Part shown: piece by piece, positions 28,511 through 37,360 of the stretch
Layout: every line of letters begins with the position of its first letter
How positions within the stretch are numbered: position 1 is the stretch's first letter
Origin: Mycobacterium phage prophi79-1
Direction: 5' to 3' (one strand)
Sequence record: MW584153.1
DNA length: 64,000 nt
Program-made: the position numbers and the translations under genes
Notes under the pieces: model-generated
Seen by the model: only the letters and a program-made list of their open reading frames with translations
Databases searched by the model: none
Told to the model about the DNA's origin: nothing

Positions 28511-28646
28511 AGGAGATCAATGCCAGGAACGGAACGGCCACCGCTGACCCTAGGGTGACCACGCCAAAGAACGCTGAGAGTGTCCTGTTTTCGGGGCAGC
28601 ACACCAGGCCAATGAGACCGAGTATGAACACCCCGACGCAGGTCAT
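28509..28646 (-). CDS. tiny membrane protein (about 45 aa)
   Basis: Not in ORF track. Translation is MTCVGVFILGLIGLVCCPENRTLSAFFGVVTLGSAVAVPFLALIS. ATGA-coupled to upstream tiny ORF. Confidence 0.25.
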   Translation of the reverse strand: MTCVGVFILGLIGLVCCPENRTLSAFFGVVTLGSAVAVPFLALIS

Positions 28647-28795
28647 CATGCCGCATCGGCGCGCACGTCGACGAGCGCGTAGGGGATAGGCGCGTCGGGG
28701 TCGCGCAGGGACTCAGCCCATGCGATATGTCGCTGAGCTTCAATGAATCTGGTGGTCTTTCGATGCCGATACCAGGTGGTCAATGCTTCGATCAT
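28646..28795 (-). CDS. tiny hypothetical protein (49 aa)
   Basis: Translation is MIEALTTWYRHRKTTRFIEAQRHIAWAESLRDPDAPIPYALVDVRADAA. ATGA-coupled on both sides. Confidence 0.25.
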   Translation of the reverse strand: MIEALTTWYRHRKTTRFIEAQRHIAWAESLRDPDAPIPYALVDVRADAA

Positions 28796-28911
28796 CGGTC
28801 TGCCACCAGGTCGGCGGAGATATGATTCGGGTTCGGCTCAACCGGTCCGTAGTAGGGCTCGGGTTCGATGTAGTCCTCGTCGCTCGGTGCGTACGAGAGA
28901 TAGCTGATCAT
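28792..28911 (-). CDS. tiny hypothetical protein (39 aa)
   Basis: Translation is MISYLSYAPSDEDYIEPEPYYGPVEPNPNHISADLVADR. Preceded by a second leader copy GGCAGGGATGAACCCGCC and RBS GGAACGGACCT. Confidence 0.25.
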   Translation of the reverse strand: MISYLSYAPSDEDYIEPEPYYGPVEPNPNHISADLVADR

Positions 28912-29099
28912 AGGTCCGTTCCTGTTCTGGCGGGTTCATCCCTGCCTCGTGGAAATGTTGGACGCCGGGGCCGTCGGGCCCCGGCGGGTACATCCCCTTG
29001 TTCCGCGCTGTAACCGCCGACGCGGCGCTGCAGCTGCGCGGAGACATCTATTAGCTGATCGCCCCCTCGGGGTGGCTCGTCCCTTGGTGTGGCATACGT

Positions 29100-29178
29100 G
29101 GTTCCTTCCACTCGTGAGCGGGTTTCTTCCCTGCCCTCTCCTCTAATGATACTACCTATAACAATGGGTAGAGTCAAT
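29100..29178 (-). promoter_or_regulatory. leftward promoter-operator-leader module (copy 3), divergent from lysin A
   Basis: Minus strand: TTGACT - palindrome CTACCCATtgttATAGGTAG - TAGTAT, leader GGCAGGGAAGAAACCCGCTC, RBS GGAAGGAACC. The -35 lies 3 nt from the lysin A GTG. Confidence 0.55.
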
Positions 29179-29179
29179 T

Positions 29180-30421
29180 GTGAAATGGCGTGCACGGCCG
29201 ATGCCTACCGTCTGCGCTGTGCCACGGTTTCTCCCGCTCAAGGCGGGTTCGTTCCGGTGGGGTTCGGGATTCGGACCTCGCTCAGGGACAGCGCATCTCG
29301 GACAGGACTTCGAGGCCGTTGACGGCACTCCGATCTACGCCGCGCAAGGTGGTGATGTCGCCTACATAGGCGCGGCTGTCGGATTCGGGCAGTGGATCGT
29401 CCTTGACCACCCGGCCGTCGAGGGCGCGGGCACCACGGTGTACGGCCACATGTGGAATGCCTTCGCAACGGGCCTCAAACAGGGCGACCGGGTGAGCGCG
29501 GGCCAGCTGATCGGCTATGTCGGCGCGAACGGCCAAGCAACTGGCCCGCATCTGCATTTCGAGGTCCACCCAACGATGTGGCGGGCCGGTTCCCAGATCG
29601 ACCCCCGGCCATGGCTTGCCGGTGCACTCAATCCAGGAGGAAACGTGGGCGTCTCAGGCGATCCCATCTGGCTCGAAGATGTTCTCCGTCCGGCGCTCGG
29701 CGACCGGCTGCGCACTCTGCCCGGCTGGAAGACCGACGGCGTCGGCGGCACCATGGGCACGATCTGGGGTGTCATCTGGCACCACACCGGAAACGCTGCT
29801 GAGAAGCCAGAATCCATCAGCAAGGGGCGCCCAGACCTCCCGGGCCCGCTGGCGCAGATCCACATCGCACCGGACGGAATCGTCACGATAGTCGCGGTCG
29901 GACCGTGCAACCATGCCGGCCGTGGCTCGTGGCCGGGACTGCCCACCGACAACGCCAACGCGTACACGATTGGTATCGAGTGCGCCTATCCGCGTGACAC
30001 TTCGCTGACGGAGGAGACGATCACGCGCGAGCCGTGGCCTGCCGCACAAATCATCTCGATGCGTGACGTCGGTGCGGCGCTGACCAAACACCTACAAGTC
30101 CCGGTATCTCACAACATCTCGCATGCGCAGTGGGCGCGATTCGGGCCTGCTGGCGTGCGCCAATACAAATGGGACCCCGGCAATCTCGACATGGACTGGT
30201 TCCGGGGCGAGATCCAGAAGGACATCGACGGCTATCAGTTCCCCGGGGAGACGCCGCCAACCACACTGCCCACCTCACCCGACTACCCGCGGGAGATTTG
30301 GGATCAGCTGCGTATCGAGTGGCCGCAGCTCGGTGGTCGCACGCTCGTCAACGCGGTCGCAGTCATCGGAAAGCAGCTGGGCATCAACGGTTTCGCCCCG
30401 ATCGGAAAGGACGCCTCATGA
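29180..30421 (+). CDS. lysA: lysin A (endolysin): M23 peptidase domain plus N-acetylmuramoyl-L-alanine amidase (amidase_2/PGRP) domain
   Basis: M23 motifs HLGQDF ... GQLIGYVGANGQATGPHLHFEVH. Amidase_2 motifs IWHHTGN ... AYTIGIECA. GTG start. Confidence 0.8.
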   Translation: MKWRARPMPTVCAVPRFLPLKAGSFRWGSGFGPRSGTAHLGQDFEAVDGTPIYAAQGGDVAYIGAAVGFGQWIVLDHPAVEGAGTTVYGHMWNAFATGLKQGDRVSAGQLIGYVGANGQATGPHLHFEVHPTMWRAGSQIDPRPWLAGALNPGGNVGVSGDPIWLEDVLRPALGDRLRTLPGWKTDGVGGTMGTIWGVIWHHTGNAAEKPESISKGRPDLPGPLAQIHIAPDGIVTIVAVGPCNHAGRGSWPGLPTDNANAYTIGIECAYPRDTSLTEETITREPWPAAQIISMRDVGAALTKHLQVPVSHNISHAQWARFGPAGVRQYKWDPGNLDMDWFRGEIQKDIDGYQFPGETPPTTLPTSPDYPREIWDQLRIEWPQLGGRTLVNAVAVIGKQLGINGFAPIGKDAS

Positions 30422-31563
30422 CCTGGACACCGCCCGACGAAATCGGCGAGAGTGATCCGCTGCTGCCCGCTGCGCGTAAGTACCTGTCGCGGTTCAGCTA
30501 CGGTGCCAAGCTCAAGGGCACAACCAGCGAGGTCATCGACGCCGACTATCTGGAGGCCCAGCGGCAATTCAAGAACAACCGGCACACTGAGGTCGTCAAG
30601 GGCTATAAGCCCGGCCCGGACCTCGACCCGAACAGTCCTGCATTCGACTGGGCGACGAAGTCGCAGATGCTGCTGATCGGTGGCCCCGAGGCTCCACCGC
30701 CCACCAAGCCGTACTACGGGCTCAGCTGGACCGGCACATGGGGTCGCTGGGACAACGGATTCGGCTGGGACACGATGCAACTGCTCGACCGGAGGCGATT
30801 CGATATTCAGGGCCTCGGGTACAACACCAACGCGTTCATGATCGGTAACGACCCCACGCACAGCTATCTGGACATGATCGAGGACGGTGTCGCGGAGGGG
30901 CGCAAGTTCGCGATTCCCGACCGACGTAAGAAGGTGCTATTCGGGTATTCCGGCGGCGCGGGCTGCGTGGTCGAGTTCCTGAATCGATGGCCGGCAGAGC
31001 GGCGCGACGAGATCGCGATGGTCGTGCAGTTCGGCGACCCTAACCGGCCCGAGGGGCCGACGCTGCTCGGCAACAACCCTGGCGGGCACGGGATCTCCGA
31101 AGACTTCCCGCCGGACTGGATTCTGAACCGGTACTACAGCTTCACGCTGCCGGGGGATATGTACCCCAACGCTGCTGGGCTGCTGCCGCTGTTCTACGAC
31201 ATCCTGGTGCGCATGGAGGCGACACCCGAGTTCGCCATGTACCTGTTCAACCTGTTCGTCGGCCAGTTGGGCTACCTCACCAGCTTCGGCGCCGCCGCCC
31301 TTGGAGTCAGCGGCAACCCGTCGCTGGCTGGCTTCGGCCAGCTCGCCGGGCTGCTGCCCCTGATCACTGGAAGTAGTACCAGCCAGACTCCGAGCCTGCT
31401 CGCCATGATCTTCAATATCGGGAACATCGTTGTGTCCCTGCAGAAATTGCTCAAGTTCGTAATCAGCCAAGACCACAATATGTACAACGACCCCGGCCAC
31501 CGTGTGTTCGACGGAATGACCGCAGTGGAGAAGGCGGCGCAGCTGGTCAACGCGCTGCCATGA
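30418..31563 (+). CDS. lysB: lysin B (mycolylarabinogalactan esterase, serine esterase G-Y-S-G-G motif)
   Basis: ATG at 30418 overlaps lysA stop (ATGA). FGYSGGAG serine-esterase motif. Follows lysA. Confidence 0.7.
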   Translation: MTWTPPDEIGESDPLLPAARKYLSRFSYGAKLKGTTSEVIDADYLEAQRQFKNNRHTEVVKGYKPGPDLDPNSPAFDWATKSQMLLIGGPEAPPPTKPYYGLSWTGTWGRWDNGFGWDTMQLLDRRRFDIQGLGYNTNAFMIGNDPTHSYLDMIEDGVAEGRKFAIPDRRKKVLFGYSGGAGCVVEFLNRWPAERRDEIAMVVQFGDPNRPEGPTLLGNNPGGHGISEDFPPDWILNRYYSFTLPGDMYPNAAGLLPLFYDILVRMEATPEFAMYLFNLFVGQLGYLTSFGAAALGVSGNPSLAGFGQLAGLLPLITGSSTSQTPSLLAMIFNIGNIVVSLQKLLKFVISQDHNMYNDPGHRVFDGMTAVEKAAQLVNALP

Positions 31564-31734
31564 CGAGCCCTCAGAAGCCCTGTACCGCTTCCATTGTGAG
31601 ATTCAGGCACTAGGTCAAGTTGGACAATATCGTCAGCCTCAAGGCATCTGATCGCTGTGGCGATACCTGCTGATGTCACTGTGCTTGGTTATGGTGGGAG
31701 ACGCCTTGGTCGGGCAGATGTCTCGGGAGACAAG

Positions 31735-31770
31735 AAAATCCCCCGGTAGCAATCGCTACCGGGGGATTTT
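31735..31770. terminator. bidirectional terminator hairpin AAAATCCCCCGGTAGC-aatcg-CTACCGGGGGATTTT
   Basis: Perfect 15-bp stem flanked by A/T runs. Between convergent lysB (+) and the leftward early block. Confidence 0.7.
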
Positions 31771-31833
31771 CGATGCGGGGACTATCGGTGGTTCCTGTCG
31801 CCGGGGGATGTCCGACAGGCCGACGAACTCAGA

Positions 31834-32331
31834 TTACAGCAGGCCGAGTTCTGTCATCGCGGTCTGGGCCACCGCAACGTCGTCCTCATCCGGCTTGGTG
31901 AGGATCCAGGGTGCGCTCTTGCCCTTCTTGGCCGTACCGCGGCCAAGCCGCCCGAGCACCCAGTCGTTCGGACCGTCCAGAACGCGTCCGAGCGTGCGCA
32001 ACAGTGCCATCTGAAATACGAGCATGTCCTCGACTTGCTCATTCTCGTTCTCCAACCGAACCACATCGCAGCGGATGGTGTTGGTCTCGGCGCTGATTTC
32101 GGTGCTGATCACGTCACGTTCGAGCGGCTTGATCAACAGCAGCTCACCCTCGAACTCCGTGAACTTGTAACCTGCGCCTCCACCGCCCGGCATCGCGAAC
32201 GGATCTTTGGGCTTGGACGTCATGGTGACGGCGCCGCCCTCGTCCTCGGGGTCAGCGACCGCGACCGCCGATGCCTTCGGCCGCGTGGCGGTAGCGGTTC
32301 CGCCCTTGGGACCGGCGAACGGATTGGCCAT
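31834..32331 (-). CDS. hypothetical protein (165 aa)
   Basis: ORF, last gene of leftward block. Confidence 0.45.
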   Translation of the reverse strand: MANPFAGPKGGTATATRPKASAVAVADPEDEGGAVTMTSKPKDPFAMPGGGGAGYKFTEFEGELLLIKPLERDVISTEISAETNTIRCDVVRLENENEQVEDMLVFQMALLRTLGRVLDGPNDWVLGRLGRGTAKKGKSAPWILTKPDEDDVAVAQTAMTELGLL

Positions 32332-32374
32332 TTTTCATTCTCCTTTTCGGTGTGTGCGTGGTGTGTGCGGGGTG

Positions 32375-34270
32375 TTACAGGAGCTCGAAGCACTGGGCTC
32401 CGAACTCCATGAGGCCGTCGTCGAGCACGTCCTCGTACTTCTCCATGACGTTGCGGGCGTCCGCCTCGTCATGGATGTTCTGGAGCGCCTGTCGGGCTTC
32501 GACATAGCGCAGGGCCTCCTTGGAGGGGATCGGCGTGGTTTGGCCGAGTACCTCTTTCTTGGCCGCATTGCGGGTCTTGCGGACTTCGAGCGCCTGGATG
32601 TAGGCATCAGCACCGAAGCGCAGGTTGAACGGGATGACCTGGCTGCGCTCGGGCTGAGTCCGCGGGACGTGGACGCAGAAGCACATCGGGTCACGCGGGT
32701 CGCCGTCCTCTCCGAACACCTCGTCATCGCTGGGATGCGGTAGGCCAACCAACTTGGGCATCGGCTCCCAGCTGAGTCGATCCATCGCACACATCAGCGG
32801 TGCATAGCCGTACGCCGCGAACTGAATTGCATACTCCAGCAGCGAGAAGTCGAGCGACTCGGACGTCTTGAGATCACCGAGGTACAGCTGACCGTCGGTG
32901 ACGCAGCGGTAGATCCGGTCGATACGTCCGCAGATGGTCTCGATGCCCCGGTTGTTGAGCACCAGTCGCTCGATGTACTCCGGCATCGCGATCAGCCCGG
33001 CGCGGGCCAGGCATTCCTGATACGCGACGGCGTAGGGCTGGAACTGCTCGGGGATCTGGTGCAGCAGGATGCGTCCCGAGTCCAGCTCGCCGAGCCAGTC
33101 GTGGACCGCACCGCCCAGCTCGCGGGCATCAGCCCCGCCGGCCAGATCATCGATCTTGTCGATAGCCTGGTTGATCGGACGACTCTTGCCGTCGGCCATC
33201 GCCTTGAGCAGGTCGTCAAACGCCTCGGCCAAGGTGTCGCCGTCGGCGAGTACTAGCACGCCGTCGCTCCGATTGTCGGCCGCCGCCTTGGCTTTCAGCA
33301 CCGCCATGACCTTGGTGCGGATCTTCCACTGCTCCAGGTTGTATTCCTCGGCAGTGGTGCGCGCGACCGTAGTGGCGCGGGTGAAGCCGGTCAGCTTCCC
33401 GGTGGTTGGGCTTGGCACTTTGTAGCGCTGGTATCCGTCCACCGAAACCTCCACCTGTGGCGGAATCGGGGGCAGTGGGTACCTGCTGTGCTCGCTGTAT
33501 CGGGCGACGTCGGGGGAGCCGTCGACCATCATCTCGGTCATCGAGCCTCCTCGCTGATGTGCACCGGATGGTTGTGGTTCTCCGTGCACGTGCTCGGATC
33601 GCCCGCTGCATCGTGGAAGAAGTGGTTCGGTCGAGTTGGGTCGTACCCGTTCTTCTTGGCCTGTTCCATCAAGCGAGCCGTTTCCACGTGCATCTGGGCT
33701 AGCCGCTTTCGGGTCTGTTCCTCCTGCGCGGAAATTGCTTTCGCCACCTCCTTTGTCATCGGTATACCTGGCTGGCCCGGGGGTGCCGCTTGGTATCTCA
33801 CTGGTGATTCCTTTCTCTTCGGTTCCGGCCGCGGGGTTTTCGGCCGGTTGACAGTCCTTGCAGCTCGGATGGTTTCCGTGGAGGTAGGGCTCGCCACATC
33901 CGCGACACCGGTGGGTGTCGTAGTTGCAGTCCCGGCAGTTCGGGTCGTAGTTGGCGCCACGGACTACGTCTCGGCCGCCGGTGAAGTCAGCGCGCTCCCA
34001 CATGCCGGGGAGTTCGGTGTCGGGAACCTCGCAGATATCGATGACCTGCTCGCTCGGAACGCTGATGCTTTGCAGGCTCCCGGCGTGAGTGACGATTCGT
34101 ACGGAACCGTCTTGTGACTCGGTGACTTCGACGGCATAGTCCGGGTGCGCCTGCATCGGGTCGGATGTCCAGCCCCACTGATCGAAGGCGATTCCCTTGG
34201 GACGCATCGGCCGATACCAGGTGGCCCCGTTGCCGTCGGTGCGGGCCGGGTATTCCTCGGCGACGCTCAT
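32375..34270 (-). CDS. RecB-family (PD-(D/E)XK) exonuclease, RecE/YqaJ-like, with N-terminal Cys-rich zinc-ribbon region
   Basis: C-terminal D-x-K then QxxxY motif (YLGDLKTSESLDFSLLEYAIQFAAYGY). Start refined to MSVAEEY (ATG 34270, ATGA-coupled with upstream lipoprotein gene). Confidence 0.5.
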   Translation of the reverse strand: MSVAEEYPARTDGNGATWYRPMRPKGIAFDQWGWTSDPMQAHPDYAVEVTESQDGSVRIVTHAGSLQSISVPSEQVIDICEVPDTELPGMWERADFTGGRDVVRGANYDPNCRDCNYDTHRCRGCGEPYLHGNHPSCKDCQPAENPAAGTEEKGITSEIPSGTPGPARYTDDKGGGESNFRAGGTDPKAASPDARGNGSLDGTGQEERVRPNSTEPLLPRCSGRSEHVHGEPQPSGAHQRGGSMTEMMVDGSPDVARYSEHSRYPLPPIPPQVEVSVDGYQRYKVPSPTTGKLTGFTRATTVARTTAEEYNLEQWKIRTKVMAVLKAKAAADNRSDGVLVLADGDTLAEAFDDLLKAMADGKSRPINQAIDKIDDLAGGADARELGGAVHDWLGELDSGRILLHQIPEQFQPYAVAYQECLARAGLIAMPEYIERLVLNNRGIETICGRIDRIYRCVTDGQLYLGDLKTSESLDFSLLEYAIQFAAYGYAPLMCAMDRLSWEPMPKLVGLPHPSDDEVFGEDGDPRDPMCFCVHVPRTQPERSQVIPFNLRFGADAYIQALEVRKTRNAAKKEVLGQTTPIPSKEALRYVEARQALQNIHDEADARNVMEKYEDVLDDGLMEFGAQCFELL

Positions 34271-34542
34271 CGGTTCACCTCCGCGCATTCCGGATAGTGC
34301 TTGCCGACAGCGCACAGGTGGTACGCCTGGATGTCGACGGTCCGCCAGCCGCGGTCTTTTCCGTTGTCCAGCTCCAGTTCCCATGACTCGGGGTGCGGGA
34401 TGATGACGACCGTTTTGCCTGTGCCGAGGACCTGAACCCACGCGGGCCGGTACGCGCTGTCAACGACCTGTCCGCTCTCTGGCGCGCACGCGGTGAGCAG
34501 TGCGGCAAGCGCGAGGCTGAGTGCAATGACCTTGGTGCTCAT
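34267..34542 (-). CDS. lipoprotein (signal peptide plus lipobox LTAC)
   Basis: N-terminus MSTKVIALSLALAALLTAC. 91 aa. Confidence 0.5.
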   Translation of the reverse strand: MSTKVIALSLALAALLTACAPESGQVVDSAYRPAWVQVLGTGKTVVIIPHPESWELELDNGKDRGWRTVDIQAYHLCAVGKHYPECAEVNR

Positions 34543-34922
34543 CGGGAATCACCACCGTCGCTCCCCATGCCTCCAACACCACGGCAGGGCTCGTCATTGG
34601 TGGTGTGGGCTGCCATGACCCAGAACTTCCCGCCGTACCACGCCTTCGCGCGACGGCGGCACCATGAGCAGGTGGCGTACCCCTGCCGGTAGTGCGACAG
34701 GTGCCAATGGCCGGCATCGTCGGGGCAGCGGTACGGGTAGAGCGTCTGGTATTCACGCCCAGCGGCTTCCACTGTTGCTCGGATGGTTTCGGCTCCTTCG
34801 CGTGCCAGCTCGCGTGTGGGGAACTGGCGTTTGGTCGAGAATCGGCAGGCCGGGGAGTCCAGTAGCCGCTCAGCCTTCGCCGTGTCTCCGGGTGCCGGGT
34901 TGTTCCACCAGTCGCGGCTCAT
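34539..34922 (-). CDS. hypothetical Cys/His-containing protein
   Basis: Start refined to MSRDWWNN (ATG 34922, ATGA-coupled). Confidence 0.35.
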   Translation of the reverse strand: MSRDWWNNPAPGDTAKAERLLDSPACRFSTKRQFPTRELAREGAETIRATVEAAGREYQTLYPYRCPDDAGHWHLSHYRQGYATCSWCRRRAKAWYGGKFWVMAAHTTNDEPCRGVGGMGSDGGDSR

Positions 34923-35212
34923 CGCTGGTCTCCGATCGCCAGTACCGCGCGGAGCAGCGCGGTGAATGTCCAAGCGGTATCGACCTGAACGCGCTGACCG
35001 CCGCGGTCTGCGGATAGCGTCACCGTGACCTCGAATGTCGGTGCGGCGTTGGGGGAGTCGCCGTAGGTGGGGTCGTAACGGTCGCCGTCATCCCAGTAGA
35101 CGTCGATGTCGACGATGTCCTCGGGTGTGATCGACCGGTAGACGCCGCCGTCCCAGCATCTGTTCAGCTCGTCGACCAGGGCAGCCTTGAGGTCGGTTCG
35201 GAAGTCGCTCAT
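34919..35212 (-). CDS. hypothetical acidic protein (97 aa)
   Basis: ORF, operon-coupled. Confidence 0.4.
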   Translation of the reverse strand: MSDFRTDLKAALVDELNRCWDGGVYRSITPEDIVDIDVYWDDGDRYDPTYGDSPNAAPTFEVTVTLSADRGGQRVQVDTAWTFTALLRAVLAIGDQR

Positions 35213-35394
35213 CGCAGTTCCCGCAGTGCGCAGGCTGTCCCGAAGGCATAGAGCACTCCGCCGGAGAACGCTAGACCTGCCGCGCCGAAACCTTGGGTTG
35301 CTGATAACACCGTCCCGGCAGCCGACAGAGTGCCGCCGATGAGCAACATCATCGTGATCAAGAGGGTTCTGTTCATCGTTGGGTTCCTTCCCAT
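35209..35394 (-). CDS. small membrane protein (2 TM)
   Basis: 61 aa, hydrophobic (LLITMMLLIGGTLSAAGTVL ...). Confidence 0.4.
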   Translation of the reverse strand: MGRNPTMNRTLLITMMLLIGGTLSAAGTVLSATQGFGAAGLAFSGGVLYAFGTACALRELR

Positions 35395-35605
35395 TTCGGC
35401 GGTTCAGTCCGCCTGCTGTTGTTGATCTAGCTTCCGATTCTGACGTTGTTCATCGGCGCCACCATTTCCGGCGGTGGCGGCCTTGCCCTGTCTGTGGGGC
35501 GGCTACCCTGGCGATAACGATGAATCCGCTGAACGGACCGTCGATTATCCGTGCCCAGAAGTAGCCCGATCTCGATGCGAGCAGCTTGACCTCGTAGCTC
35601 ACCGC

Positions 35606-37360
35606 TCAGCCCTCCATCGCCGCGTCGAGCAGGTTGGCCACGAACGCGATGCTGATTTCGTCGCTCAAGCGGCCCTTGGTCATTCCCTCGTAGGCGGGGA
35701 TGTGCAGCTTGCGCGCCAGCTTCATCTGCAGCTCGCTCGGAGCCTGGCTGCGCGTACGCCAGGTGGCGTACTTACTGGGCAGGTCGTGCCCCTCATTACG
35801 GCACCACTGCTGAGCGGCCCGTACCGCGTCCTCTTGCGGTCGGTACTGCTGCGCGCCTTCGTCGCCGTCGATCCATCCACCTCTGCCGGTGCGGGTGTTG
35901 ATCTGGCCGACTGTCCAGAGCGTCCGGTCTTCGTTGGGCCACAGGAACACCGCGGGTCCGCGCTCCAGGCTGATGAACGGAACACCGGCCGGCGTTTGAA
36001 GCCAGAGGGTGTCGTCGTTCTCGAGAAGGTTGATGCTGACCATGTCGACCGGCCCTTGCCGGCGTACCCGGATGGTCGCACCAACGCCCGTGTCCTCCGG
36101 CTCGCAGGTGCACTGTTCGATGTTCCGGCCGCACTCGGGGCATTCGATCGGTTCACCGGTCTCATCGACGCTGGTGCTTTCGATGCCCATGCCGTGTACC
36201 AGCTCTGAGAGGTGTACCAGCTTCATGCGCCGCGTGCTGCCCGCCAGATCGAGCACCAGCCCGTCGACTTTCTCGACACCGGTGACCGGGTCGGTGTACA
36301 GCCGGATCGCTCGACCCACCATCTGCGTGTACAGGATTCGGCTCCGGGTGGGCCGGGCCATCACCACTGCGTCGCACATGGGGAAGTCCGCGCCCTCGGT
36401 CAGCACGGCGACCGTGACCATGATGTCGATTTCGCCGGTACGGAATGCCTCGTAGACGGGCTTGCGCTCCTCGTACCCCATGGCACCGGTGGTGGCCATC
36501 GCGCGCAGGTTCCCGCGCTCATTAATCAGGTCAACGATCTGATGGCTGGCCGCGACGCTCGCGGCGAACACGATAGACCGGCGATCGGCGGCGTGCTTTT
36601 CGATCGCATCCACGGTGTATTCGACTGCGGCCTCCATGATCTCGGCCAGGTCGCCCTGGTGGAAGTCGCCCGCGATGTTCTTGATCTTGTCGAGCGCGTC
36701 TAGCTCCTTGATGCGTACCGTCAGTCCGGTCGGCGGCACGAGATAGCCCTCCTCGATCGCCCACTTGAGGTCTCGCTCGAAGCTGATCTTCTCGATGACA
36801 TCGCCGAGTCCGATGTCCTCGGTCTTGCCCTTGCTCTTGTCGGCGCGGTACATGGTGGCGGTCATTCCGCACATCAGCGCGTCGTCGTAGCCGCCCAACT
36901 CGCGGAAGGTGGCGTGGTATCCCTCGGCTGGTGCGTGATGTACCTCGTCCCAGATGATCACGTCGCGCTTCCCGAGTGCCTTGCGCCGGGACGCGTTGGC
37001 CAAGGTCTGCAGTGTCGCGCCGACGATAGGGGCATGGTGGTCGTCGAGCTCGGCGCGGACAACGCCGATGTGCTGGTGGGGGATCGTGTGATCGATGTCC
37101 AACAGGTTCTCGATCATCTGGTCGATCAGTTCGCCGCGGTGCGCCAGCAGCAGCACGCGCTGACCGCGGTGGTAGGCGTTGGATGCCAGCTTGCCGATGA
37201 CCGTGGACTTCCCGGACCCGGTGGGCAGCACAACGCCTACCCGCCGGATGCCTGCGTCCCAGTCGGATTCAACGGCACCGACTGCCTGTGATTGATAGGG
37301 CCGCAATGTACGCGGCTGTGAAGTTTGTTGGGGTTCAATCCCCATTTCGGCGGGTTCCAT
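35606..37360 (-). CDS. SF2 DEAD/DEAH-box DNA helicase with C-terminal zinc ribbon
   Basis: Walker A LPTGSGKST, DEVH motif (IIWDEVHHAP), C-terminal CPECGRNIEQCTC. Confidence 0.7.
   Translation of the reverse strand: MEPAEMGIEPQQTSQPRTLRPYQSQAVGAVESDWDAGIRRVGVVLPTGSGKSTVIGKLASNAYHRGQRVLLLAHRGELIDQMIENLLDIDHTIPHQHIGVVRAELDDHHAPIVGATLQTLANASRRKALGKRDVIIWDEVHHAPAEGYHATFRELGGYDDALMCGMTATMYRADKSKGKTEDIGLGDVIEKISFERDLKWAIEEGYLVPPTGLTVRIKELDALDKIKNIAGDFHQGDLAEIMEAAVEYTVDAIEKHAADRRSIVFAASVAASHQIVDLINERGNLRAMATTGAMGYEERKPVYEAFRTGEIDIMVTVAVLTEGADFPMCDAVVMARPTRSRILYTQMVGRAIRLYTDPVTGVEKVDGLVLDLAGSTRRMKLVHLSELVHGMGIESTSVDETGEPIECPECGRNIEQCTCEPEDTGVGATIRVRRQGPVDMVSINLLENDDTLWLQTPAGVPFISLERGPAVFLWPNEDRTLWTVGQINTRTGRGGWIDGDEGAQQYRPQEDAVRAAQQWCRNEGHDLPSKYATWRTRSQAPSELQMKLARKLHIPAYEGMTKGRLSDEISIAFVANLLDAAMEG

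Noticed and set aside
28838-29047. 69-aa minus ORF spanning the leader of promoter module copy 3
   Set aside because: It contains the conserved untranslated leader motif and hairpin. Other copies of this leader are clearly non-coding.
31834-32331. RecT-like annealing protein next to the RecE-like nuclease
   Set aside because: 165-aa product is too short and lacks RecT/Erf/Sak motifs I can recognise. Left as hypothetical.
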